Below are positions 60,944 to 64,000 of a DNA stretch of 64,000 bases, piece by piece. Both the position numbers and the translations under genes were made by a program. Below the pieces are notes generated by a model, which had not been told where the DNA came from, made no database searches, and saw only the letters and a program-made list of their open reading frames with translations. The stretch spans positions 203,366 through 267,365 of the forward strand of contig CAXXVD010000004.1 of NCBI GenBank assembly GCA_963662335.2, read 5' to 3'. The DNA is from Chloroflexota bacterium. Lineage in GTDB: Bacteria > Chloroflexota > UBA11872 > VXOZ01. Position 1 is the first letter of the stretch; the number at the start of each line of letters is the position of its first letter.

Positions 60944-61183
60944 GTGACGGACTGGGAAGATTGCCCGGCAGTAGAAAGCGTTCCCGATAGACGAAGCGGA
61001 GCGTGGGTGTTTTCCGGGACCAGAGTGCCCATAGCCGCCCTCTTCGAAAACCTCGAGAGCGGTGCTTCCGTCGGGCAGTTCCTGGACTGGTTCCAGGGTG
61101 TGGAAGAATGGCAGGTTAGGGCGGTACTTCGTCACGCCGCGCAGCCAAAGGCAGCGCCCATCCCTCTACCCCGGGAAGACTGA
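60944..61183 (+). CDS. DUF433 family protein
   Basis: W..CPAVE..P...SGAWVF.GTRVP..ALFENLE.GA. Confidence 0.85.
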   Translation: MTDWEDCPAVESVPDRRSGAWVFSGTRVPIAALFENLESGASVGQFLDWFQGVEEWQVRAVLRHAAQPKAAPIPLPRED

Positions 61184-61277
61184 GCGCGCGCCTGCAAATT
61201 GACCCACCGTAGTCGCTCCCAGAGTCCGTGACGCAGCGGCCCCGCGCTCTGCTCTGTCGCCATGCGGCGGTCGCGTT

Positions 61278-62096
61278 CTACGGCTTCGTGCCCATGCACT
61301 CGCCGAAGGCCATGCCGGCAAAGCCGCCGGGGAGGGTTTTCCACTCCTCCAGGTCGTTTCGCCATTGGTCGAACTGCTCGTGGGTGGCCACGCCGAACTT
61401 GGTTGCCGCCTCTATGACGGCGGGGGCGCAGAACCACTCCAGCACGAATTTGACGAAGAAGGCGGCGTCCGTCAGCGTGCCGAACGAATCGTAGGAGCCT
61501 TTGGCGCGCACGTCCGTGAAGCCGGCGGCCAGAAAGTGGCTTGCCAACTGCTTGCCCATCTCAGGATGGCCGCCGTTGCCGGCCAGCAAGCGCCCGAACG
61601 TATCCCACGCGGACCGGGTCTTCTCTTCCCCCGGCTCGATGAACGACGAGGAAACGATGATCTCGCGGCTGAAGATGAGGCCGCCCGGTTTCAAGACCCG
61701 CTTCGCCTCGCCCAGCGCCGCCGCCGTATTCGGGACGTGCGTAAGCACCGTGTGGCAGAACGCCACGTCGAAGTAGTCGTCTTCAAACGGCATTTCCGTA
61801 ACGTCACCCACGTGAAAGGTCGCGTTCGCGTGTCCGCCGGCCTGGGCCACCGAGCGGGCGATGGCGATCTGGGACTCTTCCATGTCGATGCCGTGAAACT
61901 CGCCGGGCTCCACCGCCTTGGCCAGGCCCATGGAAATCGTGCCCGGACCGCAGCCGAAGTCCAGCAGCCGCTGTCCCGGCTTCAGGTGGGGCAGCAGCCC
62001 CGCGGCGTTGGTCTGGGCGCTCCGCCGCTCGAGCAGTTGGAGGAACTCTTCTCCATACCCCATTGTGTAAGAAGATTCTGCCGCCTGTTCAGACAT
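61278..62096 (-). CDS. Class I SAM-dependent methyltransferase (UbiE-like)
   Basis: LLDFGCGPGTI, GID, PFEDDYFD, RVLKPGG; ATG 62096 after AAGGAG. Confidence 0.9.
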   Translation of the reverse strand: MSEQAAESSYTMGYGEEFLQLLERRSAQTNAAGLLPHLKPGQRLLDFGCGPGTISMGLAKAVEPGEFHGIDMEESQIAIARSVAQAGGHANATFHVGDVTEMPFEDDYFDVAFCHTVLTHVPNTAAALGEAKRVLKPGGLIFSREIIVSSSFIEPGEEKTRSAWDTFGRLLAGNGGHPEMGKQLASHFLAAGFTDVRAKGSYDSFGTLTDAAFFVKFVLEWFCAPAVIEAATKFGVATHEQFDQWRNDLEEWKTLPGGFAGMAFGECMGTKP

Positions 62097-62505
62097 TGCC
62101 CGCGCTCCTTTGCGTGTCGGGTCCGGTTCATACCTACATACACCCCTATGGTATGCAATCCTGCGCGGCCTGTCCATACTCCCTTGAGAGACCGCTGCCC
62201 AACGCCGTCATTCCAGCGAAAGCCCGTCCGCCGCGCGGGCGCGCGGAACTTGCTCTCACTCCGGCCCCCGTCTCGCGCAAGCGCGCCATATGCGGTACAC
62301 TGAATCGTGGGGAGGTTGCGCTTTCTCTGTGCCGCGCGCAGCCACCAGGGAGATTTGGCGCAAGAAGTCAGCGTCCTTGCGATGGCCGCGAGTGCCCGCG
62401 ATTTCGCGCTGCCCGTCATAGCTATCCGCAGCCTTGCCGCGTTGACCGCAACGCCGCGCGGAACGGCCGGCGCGGTATTCGATTTCTCGCAGTCCGGAGG
62501 ATCCC

Positions 62506-62928
62506 ATGCCTTTGAACGTGTATCTGACTTTCGTAGACAACTGCCGGGAAGTCTTCGACTTCTACCGTGAGGTCTTTGGCGGCGAGTACCTGACTATGCA
62601 GACGTTTGGCGACGCTCCCGCCGACTTCGAGTATCCGGAGTCGGAACGCGACAGGATTATGCACGCCACGCTGTCAATCGGAGACAGCACCCTGATGGGC
62701 AGCGATACACCCTCCAGTTTCGCGCCGCCGCCAACCGTCGGCAGCAACTTCTCGCTCTCCTATACGCCGTCGAGCAGAGAGGAGACCGACCGGTTGTTTG
62801 CCGCGCTCGCCGCAGGCGGTACGGTGACGATGCCGCTGCAAGAGACGTTCTGGGGCGCGTACTTTGGCTCCTGCACCGACAAATTCGGCATCAACTGGCA
62901 ATTGAACTACGAACTTTCCCCAGAGTGA
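62506..62928 (+). CDS. VOC family protein (PhnB-like)
   Basis: YLTF...C.E..DFY..VFGG, IMHATL, MPL..TFWG..FG...DKFG.NW. Confidence 0.9.
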   Translation: MPLNVYLTFVDNCREVFDFYREVFGGEYLTMQTFGDAPADFEYPESERDRIMHATLSIGDSTLMGSDTPSSFAPPPTVGSNFSLSYTPSSREETDRLFAALAAGGTVTMPLQETFWGAYFGSCTDKFGINWQLNYELSPE

Positions 62929-62994
62929 GGCAGGTTGCAGGCGATGCTGCTTCCTCTTGGCTATGCGCCCGCCCCACACGAAAGGCTCATCTCC

Positions 62995-63406
62995 ATGAGA
63001 TTTTGCGCAACGCTCCTCGCGGTAGCCGGCATCGCCATGGCGCTGGCTTTCGCGGGCTGCGCGGGCGGCGGCGAAGGCGGGCGAGCATGCCGAAGGCGCT
63101 GAGTCCCGTGAAGACGGTGAAGAGGCCGGCACGCAACTCGGCCTGGACGAGACGTTCGACGAAGTGCGCGCCGGGGCGCGGCTGATCCTTGCCTACGACG
63201 CCGAAACCAACACGTTTACCGGCTCCGTCCAGAACACGACCGACGCGACGCTCCGGCAGGTGCGGGTCGAAGTGCATCTCTCCAATGGGACTGAGTTGGG
63301 GCCGACGACGCCGGTTGACCTCGCGCCCGGTCAAGTCGTTGACATCACCCTTCCTGCGACTGACGCGCCCTTTACGACCTGGAGCGCCCATCCCGAAGTG
63401 GGCTGA
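62995..63406 (+). pseudogene. Lipoprotein gene interrupted by a frameshift
   Basis: MRFCATLL...AFAGC lipobox in one frame; GEHAEG...EVRAGARLILAYD...WSAHPEVG continues in the +1 frame from about 63080. Confidence 0.7.
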
Positions 63407-63464
63407 TTCCCTGCCATGCAGCCGCCTAGCGGTTTTGCTGTAAGAGCGATAACGGTAACGCCCC

Positions 63465-64000
63465 ATGAAGCCACCCAACCCTCTGTTTAGCCGCCGCACA
63501 GTGCTGGCCGGCGGGGCCGCCCTCGGTCTGGCTGCCTGCGGGGGTCCGGCCCGCGGCCGGGACCCGCTCAAGTCCATCCAGCAAGGCCTGGCCGCCGCGC
63601 CGCTGCCGCCGCCCTGGGAGCCGCTGGTCGTAAGCGGCACGGCGGTCGAGACCGCCGGCCATCGCTACCGCTTCGACGCCGGGCCGTTCCCTTCCAGCCT
63701 GGAAATAGACGGCGCGGAGTTCCTCTTCGACGGGGTCAAGCTGGACGTGCGCGTGCAGGACGAACTGCTCGTCTGGCAGCGGGCGCGCACCGTCTCCCTC
63801 AGCGCCACGGACGTGGAATTGCTGGCGCGGGGCAACGCCGGCGACCTGATCGCGCAGACCCGCGTGACCGTCAGCTACGACGGCATGTGCCGCTTCCGGG
63901 TCAGCCTGATACCCCAGGGGCGTCATCACCATCGACTCCATCCTGCTCGACGTGCCCATCCTGCGCAGCGAGACGACGCACTACGCGCACCACCTGCTAG
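63465..64000 (+). CDS. Tat-exported lipoprotein, possible glycoside-hydrolase-associated N-terminal domain (partial, apparent frameshift near 63918)
   Basis: MKPPNPLFSRRTVL...LAAC; PPPWEPL, SYDGM; protein-like sequence continues in +1 frame after GGGG at 63917-63920. Confidence 0.65.
   Translation, partial: MKPPNPLFSRRTVLAGGAALGLAACGGPARGRDPLKSIQQGLAAAPLPPPWEPLVVSGTAVETAGHRYRFDAGPFPSSLEIDGAEFLFDGVKLDVRVQDELLVWQRARTVSLSATDVELLARGNAGDLIAQTRVTVSYDGMCRFRVSLIPQGRHHHRLHPARRAHPAQRDDALRAPPA

Overview
High-GC bacterial chromosomal window, most likely Chloroflexota (inferred from the yceD/coaD neighbourhood, Tat-lipoprotein solute-binding protein style and the cell-surface locus; not proven). Bases 1-47.9 kb are mostly housekeeping and catabolic: coaD, a PyrR-attenuated pyrR-pyrB-pyrC-carA-carB-pyrK operon, gyrB-like gene, GT4+GH57 pair, sulfatase/oxidoreductases, murT-gatD, darA, isocitrate dehydrogenase, a glycosyltransferase cluster, rplU-rpmA and tRNA-Ala(CGC). 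After the tRNA is a mosaic accessory region: a Rieske oxygenase operon, a collapsed type IIG restriction-modification remnant, a lower-GC three-gene module (GHKL/MORC ATPase fused to a PD-(D/E)xK nuclease, Vsr, and a C5 methyltransferase with a zinc-ribbon insert) that is the best candidate for a poorly described defence system, TA genes and orphan antitoxins, a voltage-gated channel with a TLEGW filter, and an NCS2 permease with a C-terminal HATPase-like extension. Several REP-type palindrome families are scattered through the window, including a 5 x 79-bp REP-containing tandem array, a REP-derived in-frame 22-aa insert in a glycosyltransferase, and a MITE inserted into a REP with a 5-bp target duplication. 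All family assignments come from motif recognition by eye; no searches were run.
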